A DNA stretch of 64,000 bases from Enterococcus phage vB_OCPT_CCS1. Within the stretch, counting starts at the first letter, position 1; each line of letters begins with the position of its first letter. This document shows positions 28,219 through 39,064 of this stretch, piece after piece. The translations under genes and the position numbers were made by a program. Under the pieces are notes generated by a model. That model was not told the origin of the DNA. It ran no database searches and worked only from the letters and a program-made list of their open reading frames with translations. The DNA is taken from sequence record ON113170.1; one strand, 5' to 3'.

Positions 28219-31200
28219 GTGAGTAATTTTTTCAGAAACATACACCCACTCTTGCGAAGAAATAAACGTCCGGAGAAGTACGATGACACGAATTTCGCTG
28301 TGTTAAATGCGTTGAATTATGAATTAACACAGGCAGAGCAAGAAACCATTGCTAGTAAAATACAATCCTCCTTAGAGTCTGCTACAGATACGTACCTAGA
28401 CACTTGGGGAGATTGGTTCGGGGTGTACCGTAAGGACGGTTGGGACGATGAGTACTATCGTGCACGTATCATACGGGAACTACTTCTTAAGCGTGGTACA
28501 ATTCCTGCTATCATTGATGCACTAGTAGATTTTCTTAATGATAATGATGCAGTTGTTCAAATCTACGAACCATGGAGAAACATCTTCTATACAAATAAAT
28601 CTAAATTAAACGGTGATGACCACTTAATGGGTTATTACTACCGTTTTGCAATTATTGACATTTCAATTGACAGACCGTTTCCTCCTGAAATCGTAGAAAT
28701 TATCAAGGCTTTCAAACCTGCGGGTGTTTTATTCTATCTAAGACTAGATACAAGCTTAGACAAGAATAAAACAACTGTAGAAAGTCCTTATGTATACTTA
28801 GACGTAACAAATAAAACAGAATTAGAGTTCCTTAACGGTTTGTATTATGACCTACGAGGTAACATTAACCTGTCTGACCAACGAACACAAGTTGTGGGGA
28901 ACAACATCTTCCACACAAATAACTCTAAGCTAAACGGAGAAGACGTGCTTGCAGGGGCGTTTAACCATGGACGAGGCTATATTCACTTAGCAAGTACCAC
29001 ATTGCTTGATTACACACCAAAAGCTACTGATTCTATGAGTAACTTAAAAACAACTCTAGGTGAAGCAGGCTCTGACATGTACAATCAAACAAAAGAAAAA
29101 GACGGAAGAACAGCTTCTATTCAAGTACCTGCAACAAAAAATGTACACACCCTATACTCCAACAGTTTAGACTTTGGTGACTATGATTATTCAACCGCAC
29201 CAAACCTTTTGCCTACATTAGATTATTCTAAATTGAGTAAAAACGGCTCAGCTTTACAAACACCTTTACCATATATTAAAGACTATGGTGACTACTTTGT
29301 ACTTGACTCTAATGACGCATCAGCGGTTGGAACGTCTAGAAACTGTTTTGTACCGTTTCTAACACGTTTAACTAAAGGTAAAACGTATACACTAAGCGTT
29401 AGTATGATGGTTGATGATGAGTTTGCGAACAATCAAGGTTATTATAATTCACCATTAAATTATACAATATCCACAACAAACCCAGCTAAATCAGATATAA
29501 TAGCTAGTATATATTCGAGTGCTGATATGCGTAACCAATGGAAACGAGTGTCTAAAGTATTTACTGTACCAGCAAACCAAACAGACGGTGACTATGTATA
29601 TTTACAACTATATCAAACCGCAGGTGTCAAAGGTAAATTATACATTCGTTATGATATGATGATTCAAGAAGGAGACCAAACCAGTTCTCAAGCACCAGCT
29701 AACCAAATGCCAAAAGTCGCAACTGATGATTATATGTTTTCACACCAGAATGTTACTAAGACTGAGGAAGATGGTAATATAACTAGTTTTAATAATTTAC
29801 CAACTAGCGAACCTATTCGCAATATATACGTTAGGAACACAGAGGGTACTAAAAAACTAATTCCTTTGTTATCAGATAAAAAACAATATACCATGAGCGT
29901 TGAAATGTGGTCTGAAAAAGAAGTAACACCAGTAATAAGATACCGTGTTAATGATAGTAATAACACACCCAAGTTCCCTTTAGAAATAGCTAATAAAAAA
30001 ATACCAGCTAAACAATGGACTGAGGTGTCTGTTACGAACACGCTTGACTTACCAAGTAATCTCAATATGATTAAACCTGAGTCACAAAAACCAGTTACTA
30101 ATAGTAACTATCTTATTAAAATCTATAACATTGAACCAATGGTAAAAGGCAAGAAGTATACCATCACATTGAAAGGTACAAAGCCAGATACACAATCGTT
30201 TAGACCCTTCTTTACACGTGAAACTGGTACTCCGTGGGGTTTTGGTGATATGAAACTAGTTTCTGGTACTACAGACATTTATAGCGGAACATTCACCGCT
30301 GCTGCAGATGCTCACCCAACTAGTCCGCAAGTTCAAATATATCAAGTACCAAATACTACAGTAGATGAGTGTACGATAGAATGGTTAAAACTAGAAGAAG
30401 GTGAAACTTATACACCTGACTACCCTCAACACTGGTTGCACATTGCTATTCCACAAGCATATGAAGGTACTATTAAAATCAAAAATGATAGTATCAAAAT
30501 CCAAGAGGGAGCAACAACAACAAAACCGGCTTGGAAACCTAATTTACTAGACGCTCCATATTATTTGAGTAAGGTGCCTTTGGGTGAGAATATTGCTAAT
30601 AAAGATATTCAGTTTCCAATCAAAACCAGTGAATATCTTTCATATATCGCTAGAATGATAGAACCTTTTGTTGTAGGAGAAACTTATACAATTACCATAA
30701 AAGCAACAAAACCAACCAGTCAAACGTTTATGGTTTATAACAGCGGTGTAGGGACTACTTATTACGGAAACCTAAAACCAGTTGAGGGATTGACAGATGT
30801 ATGGTCACTAACATTCACACCAACGAATGTTTCGTCAGTTAATCCTAGCGATTTACGTATATTTCAGTATCCATCATCAACAGTAGGCGCTGTTCAAATT
30901 GATTGGTTAAAAATCGAAAAAGGAGATACAAGAACTCCTAACATTGATTCCTACGACTATGTAGGCTCTCTGATAGAAGATACGGAAACACCTACATTAG
31001 ACCCGACTAAGTATACATGGACGGTAAATGGGGATGTAACAAATAAAAAGGCATATATGATATTTGACATTAAAACATTTATCGAAGAAAATTATGCTAC
31101 AGAATTTGAAAAACTTGTTGCTGACCTAGGTGAAGACCAAGCGTTGAACGCTGTATTTGAAAATTTCAACATCTCTACAGCGCTTAAAGCTTTAGTGAGC

Positions 31201-31794
31201 CCAAGTTCACCAATTAATTTCTCAGTTGAGCTATACGACTTTTCTACAAGTGCATGGCACAAACTAAACACGGATAGTTTAGACCTACGTATGCGTACGT
31301 TTAACTTAGTAGCGAATCGTATTACAGACTATTTAAACGACTACAAGCTGTTATTTGTTCGTTACGTTTTTGATAACGAAACAGATAAAGATGTGACAGT
31401 TGAACTAGACATGCTAAACGTACTATGCAATTATCGTTTAGGTGACGGGTACAGCGTTGGTTTACAGAGCAAAGTAGAAACATTAACAGATATACCGGCA
31501 AGTAATGTAAGTTTGTCAAAAGAATCATTAGTACTAGGGATAGGCGAATCAGAGGCAGTAACTGCAACTCTTTTACCTGCTAATACAACTAATACTAATT
31601 TAGAATGGTTAATTCTAGACCCTAACATTGCTAAGGTATCCAGTTCGGGTAATATTACGGGGTTGTCCGAAGGGAAAACAAAACTTGTAGTTTACGGGGA
31701 TGACCGAAACGTAAGTGCTGAGTGTGATGTAAAAGTCGTAATTAGACCTACAGCAATTGCACTAGACAAGGAAACAATAAATATCAATATCTAG
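28219..31794 (+). CDS. large tail fibre / receptor-binding protein with four CBM-like repeat modules and a C-terminal Big_2 (bacterial Ig-like) domain
   Basis: 1191 aa; internal repeats (KGKTYTLSVSMMVDD / KKQYTMSVEMWSEKEV / KGKKYTITLKGTKP / VGETYTITIKATKP); duplicated N-terminal segment (IFYTNKSKLNGDDHLMGYYYRF / IFHTNNSKLNGEDVLAGAFNHG); C-terminal Big_2-like segment (SLVLGIGESEAVTATLLPANTTNTNLEWLILDPNIAKVSSSGNITGL). Confidence 0.65.
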   Translation: MSNFFRNIHPLLRRNKRPEKYDDTNFAVLNALNYELTQAEQETIASKIQSSLESATDTYLDTWGDWFGVYRKDGWDDEYYRARIIRELLLKRGTIPAIIDALVDFLNDNDAVVQIYEPWRNIFYTNKSKLNGDDHLMGYYYRFAIIDISIDRPFPPEIVEIIKAFKPAGVLFYLRLDTSLDKNKTTVESPYVYLDVTNKTELEFLNGLYYDLRGNINLSDQRTQVVGNNIFHTNNSKLNGEDVLAGAFNHGRGYIHLASTTLLDYTPKATDSMSNLKTTLGEAGSDMYNQTKEKDGRTASIQVPATKNVHTLYSNSLDFGDYDYSTAPNLLPTLDYSKLSKNGSALQTPLPYIKDYGDYFVLDSNDASAVGTSRNCFVPFLTRLTKGKTYTLSVSMMVDDEFANNQGYYNSPLNYTISTTNPAKSDIIASIYSSADMRNQWKRVSKVFTVPANQTDGDYVYLQLYQTAGVKGKLYIRYDMMIQEGDQTSSQAPANQMPKVATDDYMFSHQNVTKTEEDGNITSFNNLPTSEPIRNIYVRNTEGTKKLIPLLSDKKQYTMSVEMWSEKEVTPVIRYRVNDSNNTPKFPLEIANKKIPAKQWTEVSVTNTLDLPSNLNMIKPESQKPVTNSNYLIKIYNIEPMVKGKKYTITLKGTKPDTQSFRPFFTRETGTPWGFGDMKLVSGTTDIYSGTFTAAADAHPTSPQVQIYQVPNTTVDECTIEWLKLEEGETYTPDYPQHWLHIAIPQAYEGTIKIKNDSIKIQEGATTTKPAWKPNLLDAPYYLSKVPLGENIANKDIQFPIKTSEYLSYIARMIEPFVVGETYTITIKATKPTSQTFMVYNSGVGTTYYGNLKPVEGLTDVWSLTFTPTNVSSVNPSDLRIFQYPSSTVGAVQIDWLKIEKGDTRTPNIDSYDYVGSLIEDTETPTLDPTKYTWTVNGDVTNKKAYMIFDIKTFIEENYATEFEKLVADLGEDQALNAVFENFNISTALKALVSPSSPINFSVELYDFSTSAWHKLNTDSLDLRMRTFNLVANRITDYLNDYKLLFVRYVFDNETDKDVTVELDMLNVLCNYRLGDGYSVGLQSKVETLTDIPASNVSLSKESLVLGIGESEAVTATLLPANTTNTNLEWLILDPNIAKVSSSGNITGLSEGKTKLVVYGDDRNVSAECDVKVVIRPTAIALDKETININI

Positions 31795-31808
31795 ATAAGG
31801 AGTTACTC

Positions 31809-34343
31809 ATGATATATACAGCTTACGCAAATTCAGCCGATGGCACAAAAGACTTTACTAAAGTGAGACCTAAACCAAACCTGTATAATTCCAGTCTCCT
31901 AAATTCTGACTCCTCTATTATTGTAGAGGAGACAGGGTTTAAGCTTTTGGGAGGTTGGGCTAAAACAGTAATCAACCATGCAAATCTTCGGAAAATTCTG
32001 AAAGTGGGGCATACGTATCATTTTTCCTATGACTTCGAATTACTAACCCTGCAAGAAGGGACTGTTCCATATGACCAACCTCAACATACAACTCTGCTTT
32101 TATATAGTGAAAAAGATGTAAGAAATTATCCGGTAATTGTACTTACACAGTATAGTAATTCTGATAACCGTGAATTAATAAACAACCTAAGAGTAGGAGA
32201 TATTGTACACCACACGAAATCGGTAACAATACCAGAATGTGTGGGGGATGTGTTTGCTGATTATCGTATTCTTGCTTATGGTAGACGAAGTATTAACCCA
32301 GACGGTACATTAAATCGTGTGGAAGACGGACGATTTATGAACATCAAAATCGAGGACTCTCAAACAGGAGAGACTGTTTACCTGCAAAATGCTATTGATA
32401 ATCTAGGCAAATCCTATATGCGTTATATTGGTACCTCAAACACTGATAGTAACAATCCTAGTGATTACACATGGAAATTAAACTTAGTAGGAGAAGCACG
32501 CCATACAATAACACCAGAAAATGCAACAGTGAAAGATGTAACTTATAGTGTAGCAGATAAATCAGTGGTTACCATTACACAGAATGACGACCATACCGGC
32601 GTTTTACTATCTCCGGAAAGTTACGGGAAGACAATTCTAACAGCTAAAACTGTGGATAGCGGTAAAATTGCAAATTTAACGGTAAACACCATAAAAACAT
32701 TGAACCTAGACCATAGTAATCGTATTTCCTTATCACCGGTGGGAGATGCACACAAGATACTTACGGATATTAGAAACTCTGGTACAGTTAACTTACTAAA
32801 AGGTACAGGAGATGCTAGATACTCAAGAGTTTACTCAGTAAGGTCAAATAATTCATCGGTGTCCCCAATAACCTCTGAAGATATAGTTGAATCAGATACA
32901 TTAGCCTATACCCGTGTCAGACGTGCAAAGCTAGAAGATGGTACATGGGGTTCTAAATCCTTTAGTCTATACATGGCAGGTGCACCTGTAGAGCAGTGGG
33001 CAACAGAAGACTTTATTGGAACAGGATATTGGTTCTCAGTTATGATACGAAGTAACATAGAACTAACAATATCTAAATCTAAAATGAGTGTTAGAGAATT
33101 TACAGGAGGTACCGATTACGGTAGAGCAGACACACTCGAAGACGTACCGTTAGAGGCAGATAAATGGAAAATGATTAAAGTATGGGTGCCAGAATCCGAG
33201 GAAAGTGCTAGATTAGCTACTAATATTCGGTTTATTCTATGGACACGCGATTTAACAGATACACAATTAGCTACTACATCATTAGACGTAAGCAGACCTA
33301 TGGTATCTAAAGAAGAACCATACTATTGGTTACCTGCTCCGGAGGATGTTGGGGTACCTCACGGTCAACCAAATTTAGCTAATAATACCTTTAAGGATTG
33401 GAAAAGCTACACATTTACTTATTGGAGACCTGATGACATGTTGCGTTCTATAAACCCCGTAGACTTAGGACTATCTGTTGGAGATGTATTAACTGTTAAA
33501 TCAGAGATTACGAATCCTGCGGACAGTAATGTAAAATTAGCCGTAGAAATTTCACAAATGCATGAGGGAGTACGTATTGCTGGAACACCAAATGAAATCA
33601 TCAGTGGTACTAGTGGAACTTCTGTTGCATCTCTTACAGTTAAAAACCTAGAAAACCCTATTAAAGTAGGAGAAATAGTAAAGAGTGATTTAAGTACTAC
33701 CGTAACTGGTGCGCAAGCTAGAAGATTAAAATTAATAAAGGGAGACGAAACCCTAATGGACTTCTGGACACCGAGTTTTGCTGATTTTAGCGCAGGTAAA
33801 TATCTACTAAATCCTTATTTTGAAGTAGCACAGGAAAACTATTCTAAGTTAACTACAACTGCTGAACTTACCAATACTACTAAAATTATTGGAACAAAAG
33901 CGGAAACACAAATAGTATTTGATACTGTTAATACGGTTCGTGACTACTTCCCTAGAGAGTTTTCAGGATTGACAACTAATGAGAGTATATTAGTTAAATT
34001 TGCAACCATTGTTAAAAGTATTAAAGTGGTTATCCCGTTCAAAGGGGTTTCCAGTACTCGAACGTACGCTGAACGAGGTATCATAAGCAATACAGGAGAA
34101 TATAACGGAATAAGCACAAATGTAACTACAAATTTAGATAGTAGAGAACATGTGCTAACAAGTAATTATGCACCGTATATTCAACAAGACATGACTATGA
34201 AATATTTTGTCTGCACAGATGCTACGAATGGGTTGGTGGCTAGCTCAGTTACAGTAGGTAAACCTGTTCAAACGGTTATTGTGCAACCAAGTGAAAATCC
34301 AAATGGTGAGGCTGTAGAAATTACAGTCTCCCCTAAAGTATAA
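31809..34343 (+). CDS. tail fibre / adhesin with central Big_2-like domain
   Basis: 844 aa; Big_2-like segment ITPENATVKDVTYSVADKSVVTITQNDDHTGVLLSPESYGKTILTAKTVDSG. Confidence 0.6.
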   Translation: MIYTAYANSADGTKDFTKVRPKPNLYNSSLLNSDSSIIVEETGFKLLGGWAKTVINHANLRKILKVGHTYHFSYDFELLTLQEGTVPYDQPQHTTLLLYSEKDVRNYPVIVLTQYSNSDNRELINNLRVGDIVHHTKSVTIPECVGDVFADYRILAYGRRSINPDGTLNRVEDGRFMNIKIEDSQTGETVYLQNAIDNLGKSYMRYIGTSNTDSNNPSDYTWKLNLVGEARHTITPENATVKDVTYSVADKSVVTITQNDDHTGVLLSPESYGKTILTAKTVDSGKIANLTVNTIKTLNLDHSNRISLSPVGDAHKILTDIRNSGTVNLLKGTGDARYSRVYSVRSNNSSVSPITSEDIVESDTLAYTRVRRAKLEDGTWGSKSFSLYMAGAPVEQWATEDFIGTGYWFSVMIRSNIELTISKSKMSVREFTGGTDYGRADTLEDVPLEADKWKMIKVWVPESEESARLATNIRFILWTRDLTDTQLATTSLDVSRPMVSKEEPYYWLPAPEDVGVPHGQPNLANNTFKDWKSYTFTYWRPDDMLRSINPVDLGLSVGDVLTVKSEITNPADSNVKLAVEISQMHEGVRIAGTPNEIISGTSGTSVASLTVKNLENPIKVGEIVKSDLSTTVTGAQARRLKLIKGDETLMDFWTPSFADFSAGKYLLNPYFEVAQENYSKLTTTAELTNTTKIIGTKAETQIVFDTVNTVRDYFPREFSGLTTNESILVKFATIVKSIKVVIPFKGVSSTRTYAERGIISNTGEYNGISTNVTTNLDSREHVLTSNYAPYIQQDMTMKYFVCTDATNGLVASSVTVGKPVQTVIVQPSENPNGEAVEITVSPKV

Positions 34344-34358
34344 AAGGAGAAATAGACT

Positions 34359-34868
34359 ATGCCAGATAAAACTAATCTAGTTGATGTTGAGTTAAAAATT
34401 CCATTAACTGAAATTTCACAACCTGTATATAGTAAGGTACGGGTTCGTGTTCCACAAGTATTGATTGAGGATGAAATTGTACTAGTTGAAGACTCGGAAG
34501 GTAACCCTATACTAACAAGACTAGCTCTTGAAGTAGAATTAGAAAAATATGTAAAGAACTATTCTGAGCTAGGTACAAAGATAGCTAACTTTCGAAAAGT
34601 AGCAAGTGAGCTATTGCCAGATGGGTTGGGCGTAACAGACTTTGTTAGTGTCGGAATAACCCATGCAACAGTTATTGACCAGTTTTTAAAATCGAAATCA
34701 AGTGAGGCAAAGGTTATTTACCTTGCAGTTTGGGACGATGTTACGAAGGTAGATGCACCTATTATTAAAGAAGCGGATACACCTACAACAGACTCCGATT
34801 TTCCTAGTACAGAGATACCTACTGAAACTGAGGAGGAACCTAACCCTGACGAGGGCGTAACAGAATAA
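34359..34868 (+). CDS. hypothetical protein with acidic C-terminus (169 aa)
   Basis: ORF with RBS AAGGAGAAATAG. Confidence 0.5.
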   Translation: MPDKTNLVDVELKIPLTEISQPVYSKVRVRVPQVLIEDEIVLVEDSEGNPILTRLALEVELEKYVKNYSELGTKIANFRKVASELLPDGLGVTDFVSVGITHATVIDQFLKSKSSEAKVIYLAVWDDVTKVDAPIIKEADTPTTDSDFPSTEIPTETEEEPNPDEGVTE

Positions 34869-34884
34869 TATGCTATAATATAAA

Positions 34885-34912
34885 TAGGGCACGATGCTGT
34901 GCCCTATTTTTT
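34885..34912 (+). terminator. rho-independent terminator (tagggcac-loop-gtgcccta followed by T6)
   Basis: 8-bp perfect stem followed by T6. Confidence 0.8.
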
Positions 34913-34963
34913 AATTGAATGCTATATTATCTAATGAAACCATAGAAGAAAAGAGGTTATAAA

Positions 34964-35509
34964 GTGGCTATTGCAACTAATAATTCCCGAGTGTATGCTT
35001 CATTACAACTTAAAAACAAAAAAGACAGCATGTACTTAGTTATCGGTAAAACCTCACCTTGGACAAACGAAGATGCTCCACCTGCTACTGACCCAAATAC
35101 TTCAACATTACAAGAAGTTGTCGGTTACAAAAAAGTAAGTAAAGCATCTCTATGTCGTGAATACGTTGCAGATGACGAAAACAAGTACCCAGTAATCAGT
35201 TACGGTGCTCGCAAATTTACTTTGATACCAGATGAGGATGCTTATAGAGAAAAAGCATGGATGGTATATATCGAATCTGAAATCGTAGGTGACGAATTAC
35301 CTTTAGGTACATTTAGACAAGTAGGACTCCATACTGACCTAGTACCAAAAACAGGTGTAGATAAAGATGCACTATTACCTAGCGAGGTAACAAATGCAGG
35401 TATTTTACAATTCTTTGAAAACAGACAACAACAAAACAGAACTGCCGATGTAACAATCCGAGAAAAATTTATCGTTACAATGGAAAACGGCAAAACATTA
35501 AAAGCGTAA
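34964..35509 (+). CDS. tail-associated hypothetical protein (181 aa)
   Basis: GTG start with AAGAGGTT RBS; preceded by an extended -10 like element TGCTATATT at 34920-34928. Confidence 0.5.
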   Translation: MAIATNNSRVYASLQLKNKKDSMYLVIGKTSPWTNEDAPPATDPNTSTLQEVVGYKKVSKASLCREYVADDENKYPVISYGARKFTLIPDEDAYREKAWMVYIESEIVGDELPLGTFRQVGLHTDLVPKTGVDKDALLPSEVTNAGILQFFENRQQQNRTADVTIREKFIVTMENGKTLKA

Positions 35510-35525
35510 GAGAGGATGATAAGCA

Positions 35526-38500
35526 TTGGCAAAAGAAATTACAAATGACGATTTAAGTAAAGACCCATACCTTGACCGCTTTGAGGAAGACCAGAACAGA
35601 ACCATGGTTCTGTTCAAACCAGATAAGCCCCTACAACAAGCAGAACTTAACGAAATGCAATCTATGCAAAACTATGCGTTATCTAACGTAGCAGAAGCTA
35701 TTTTCAGTGATGGGGATATTCAAACAGGTATGGAGTATATCCTTCAAGGAACTACGCTTACTGTTAAAAAAGGTAAAGTATTCCTTGGTGGTAAAATGCG
35801 TAACTTTAACGAACAAAGTATTGAAATCACAGGTAGAGGTACTGAGTACATTGGTGTTAAACTTGTTCAAAAGGTAATTACCGCAGAAGATGACCCAACC
35901 TTGTTAGACCAAACAAGTGGCGTTCCTAGTCATTTCTCAGAAGGTGCAGACCGTCTAGAGGAAACAGTTGTACTAGGAGTAAACGATGATGAAGCTTCAA
36001 ACATTTATCGTTTTGAGAACGGTCAATTATATATTAACCCAGATACACCAGAAATGGACAAAATCAATAAAGTATTAGCAGAACGTACTTATGATGAATC
36101 CGGTTCTTATCGTGTACGTGGATTTGATATGTATACAGAAGTGCACCCAACAGACCCTAATAACAAAATCCAATTAGTTATTGACTCTGGACGTGCATAT
36201 GTACTAGGCTTTAAAGTAGACAAACCTACAACTACTCGTATTGACATTGATAAGTCTCGTGATTTAGAAACAATCAATAACGAAGGTTTCTACTACAGTA
36301 ATGAAACTCGTTTAAACAAACTAGGTAACGCACCTGTATCTAGCGTAGACCGTGTAACAGCCCAAGTGGAAGTTGCAAAAGAACAAGTGTCTCGTGGAGT
36401 TGTTGGTGGGGGTACTGATTACCTTAAAAATACTTCGGTAACAAGAGTTGTTCGTGTATGGACGGAAGGTTCCGGAGCGCACGAATATACACAGGGAGAA
36501 GACTTCCAATTAGTTAATGGTCAAGCTATCTCATGGGCACCTACAGGGCAAGAACCACCTGCCGGAGGTACTTACTTTGTACAATACGTTTACAACAAAA
36601 CAATGATTGAAAACACTGATTATAAAGTAACTGTTAAAGGTGAAGGAGATAACCGTGAATGGTATATTGACTTTAACGAAATGACAGGTTCTAAACCAGT
36701 AGACGAATCATTAGTTAACGTAGACTACAAATACTTCTTAGCTCGTAAAGACCTTATTGTATTAGACCATAACGGAAACTTTACAGTTCATAAAGGGCAA
36801 CCTAACGCAATGCGTTTAGTAGATTCTCCTAACCATATTGACCCATTGACACTGAATATTGGTACAGTGCTTGTTTACCCAGATTCAAGCACGGCAGAAG
36901 CTAAGCAATGGACAATCACTCGGTTAACGATGGAAGAGCTACAAAAATTATCTGTACGTGTAGACAACATGGAATACAACCAAGCGGTATTCTATCTTGA
37001 CCAACCTGCGATGGCAGGAGAAAACCCAATCTATTTACGTGGTGTGTTCTCTGATGCGTTTATCTCTTTAGATAAATATGATACAAGTCATCCAGATGCT
37101 ACAATTGCTTTTGACTTTGATACAGCAGAAATTACTTTACCATATGCGGAAATCAACAAAACAGTACCATCTATTATCGAAGGTTCTAGTGAAGCGCATG
37201 TATGGGGACGATTAGTAACTGCACCATTTACCGAAGAAGTCGGTATTAGACAGCCGTTTGCTACAGAGGCAATGAATGTTAACCCATACAATACGTTCAA
37301 TAAGCAAGGTGTTCTAACACTAAATCCTAGTGCAGATAACTGGATTGAAGAAGAACGTATCACTATCACCAAAGAAGAAACATCTACAATGACTATTCGT
37401 CAATGGTGGAGACACGGTGGAGCTTCTTGGACAAATGACGAAATGAACCTTGTATCTAACGTAGACCTAGACAACGGTATGAATTGGAGCGACCTAAAAG
37501 ACGACTATCGTAAGTCTGGATTGTCTGGTACTACACTATCTAGTGGTGGACAACAAACAAAAGAGTCTATGATTGAGTTCATGAGACAAATTGACGTTGA
37601 AATCTACGCTGAGAACTTAGAGCCAAATGCAAACAACTTAGTTGTGTCATTTGATGGACTACGTGTCCCTGTAACACCATCTTCTGGTTACCGTAGAGGT
37701 TCACAAGAGGGTACTGGTATGGCAAATGCTGATGGTACGTTCAAAGGTGTATTCAAGATTCCTGCGGGTGTACGCTGTGGTACTCGTGAAGTATCTATCC
37801 GAAACGATACGAACTTAGCAAGTACAACGTTCACTGCACAAGGAACAATGAAAACTACTGAGGACATTATTATCCGTACTCACGTAACAATTAACCTAGT
37901 TGACCCGTTGGCACAATCATTCAGCTTCAATACAAACCGTATTGCTACAAGCTTTGATGTGTTCTTCGCTTCTAAGGATAGCAGTACAAACATTATCTGT
38001 CAAGTACGTGGTATCTCAGAAGGTGGTCAACCAAACAAAACGGTTTATGCAGAACGTGTATTAAAACCTTCTGAAATCAATGTATCTGACGATGCTAGTG
38101 TAGCAACTAAGATTACGTTTGATGACCCATTGATGTGTAAAGCAGGTCAAGAGTACTGTTTAGTGTTCATTACTGACTCTGATAAATACACAATGTGGAT
38201 TGCTACAATGGGACAAAACAGAATTGACGACCCAACTCAAAGTGTGAACTCTAACCCTTACTTAGAAGGTGTGCTTTACAGTTCATCTAATGCGAGTGCA
38301 TGGTCTATTCACCAAATGTCTGACTTGAAATTTACTGTGTACACAGCTAAATTTAACGAAGAAGCTGTCTTGGAGTTCGATGTAATGAGAAACATCAACG
38401 TAGACCGTGTGGTTCTTATGTCCACATATTTAACTCCTGCGAATACAGGATGTAAATGGGACATGAAGATTGTTCTCAACAACGAACCTTCCGGAACAAC

Positions 38501-38984
38501 CGTCAATGACAAGCCTTGGGTTCCAATTGCGAACTACGTAGACTTAGATGTTAACCAGATTGCTCGTGAAGTTAAACTTCGTGCAACGTTTAAAGCAAAC
38601 CAATATATTTCTCCAATGCTTGCATTAGACGATATTATGTTTGCCGGTTTCTTAACTGCCTTGAAGGGTAGCTACGTATCTCGTACAATTGATTTATCCG
38701 AGGCTCCATACAACACTGTTAAAATGTCTTACGAACAGTTTACTCCTGCTGGAACTACTGTTGTTGCAAAATACAGTACTGACGAAGGTAAAACATGGAA
38801 GACATTCACTGCTCATCCTACAACAACACAACGTACGCAAGATTTCGTTCGTGTAGATTACGTTGAGAAGATTAATACGGGTGGAACATTTAAATCCATT
38901 AAGTTCCGTCTTGACATGTCAACCCAGAACTCATTCCTTCGCCCGAGGGTGAGACGCTTAATGACGAATATGACCGACAAATAG
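35526..38984 (+). CDS. large tail/baseplate-associated protein (1152 aa), function unknown
   Basis: uninterrupted long ORF at the end of the structural module; RBS AGAGGATGA. Confidence 0.55.
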   Translation: MAKEITNDDLSKDPYLDRFEEDQNRTMVLFKPDKPLQQAELNEMQSMQNYALSNVAEAIFSDGDIQTGMEYILQGTTLTVKKGKVFLGGKMRNFNEQSIEITGRGTEYIGVKLVQKVITAEDDPTLLDQTSGVPSHFSEGADRLEETVVLGVNDDEASNIYRFENGQLYINPDTPEMDKINKVLAERTYDESGSYRVRGFDMYTEVHPTDPNNKIQLVIDSGRAYVLGFKVDKPTTTRIDIDKSRDLETINNEGFYYSNETRLNKLGNAPVSSVDRVTAQVEVAKEQVSRGVVGGGTDYLKNTSVTRVVRVWTEGSGAHEYTQGEDFQLVNGQAISWAPTGQEPPAGGTYFVQYVYNKTMIENTDYKVTVKGEGDNREWYIDFNEMTGSKPVDESLVNVDYKYFLARKDLIVLDHNGNFTVHKGQPNAMRLVDSPNHIDPLTLNIGTVLVYPDSSTAEAKQWTITRLTMEELQKLSVRVDNMEYNQAVFYLDQPAMAGENPIYLRGVFSDAFISLDKYDTSHPDATIAFDFDTAEITLPYAEINKTVPSIIEGSSEAHVWGRLVTAPFTEEVGIRQPFATEAMNVNPYNTFNKQGVLTLNPSADNWIEEERITITKEETSTMTIRQWWRHGGASWTNDEMNLVSNVDLDNGMNWSDLKDDYRKSGLSGTTLSSGGQQTKESMIEFMRQIDVEIYAENLEPNANNLVVSFDGLRVPVTPSSGYRRGSQEGTGMANADGTFKGVFKIPAGVRCGTREVSIRNDTNLASTTFTAQGTMKTTEDIIIRTHVTINLVDPLAQSFSFNTNRIATSFDVFFASKDSSTNIICQVRGISEGGQPNKTVYAERVLKPSEINVSDDASVATKITFDDPLMCKAGQEYCLVFITDSDKYTMWIATMGQNRIDDPTQSVNSNPYLEGVLYSSSNASAWSIHQMSDLKFTVYTAKFNEEAVLEFDVMRNINVDRVVLMSTYLTPANTGCKWDMKIVLNNEPSGTTVNDKPWVPIANYVDLDVNQIAREVKLRATFKANQYISPMLALDDIMFAGFLTALKGSYVSRTIDLSEAPYNTVKMSYEQFTPAGTTVVAKYSTDEGKTWKTFTAHPTTTQRTQDFVRVDYVEKINTGGTFKSIKFRLDMSTQNSFLRPRVRRLMTNMTDK

Positions 38985-39064
38985 AAGATGTAACTGTAAT
39001 GTAACATTTCTATGCCTCTTACTGTGGTATACTTATTGTATACGAAATAGTAGGAGGTTTTTTA

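Noticed and set aside
34871-34879. TGCTATAAT -10-like element immediately upstream of the 34885-34912 terminator
   Set aside because: It would give a ~25-nt transcript ending in the terminator, which is implausible. It is probably a chance match. The element at 34920-34928 is better placed to serve the 34964 gene.
38985-39064. Imperfect repeats tgtaactgtaatgtaac after the 35526-38984 gene as a terminator or repeat element
   Set aside because: Direct rather than inverted repeat, with no stable hairpin. The region contains only a plausible TGgTATACT -10 for the HNH gene.
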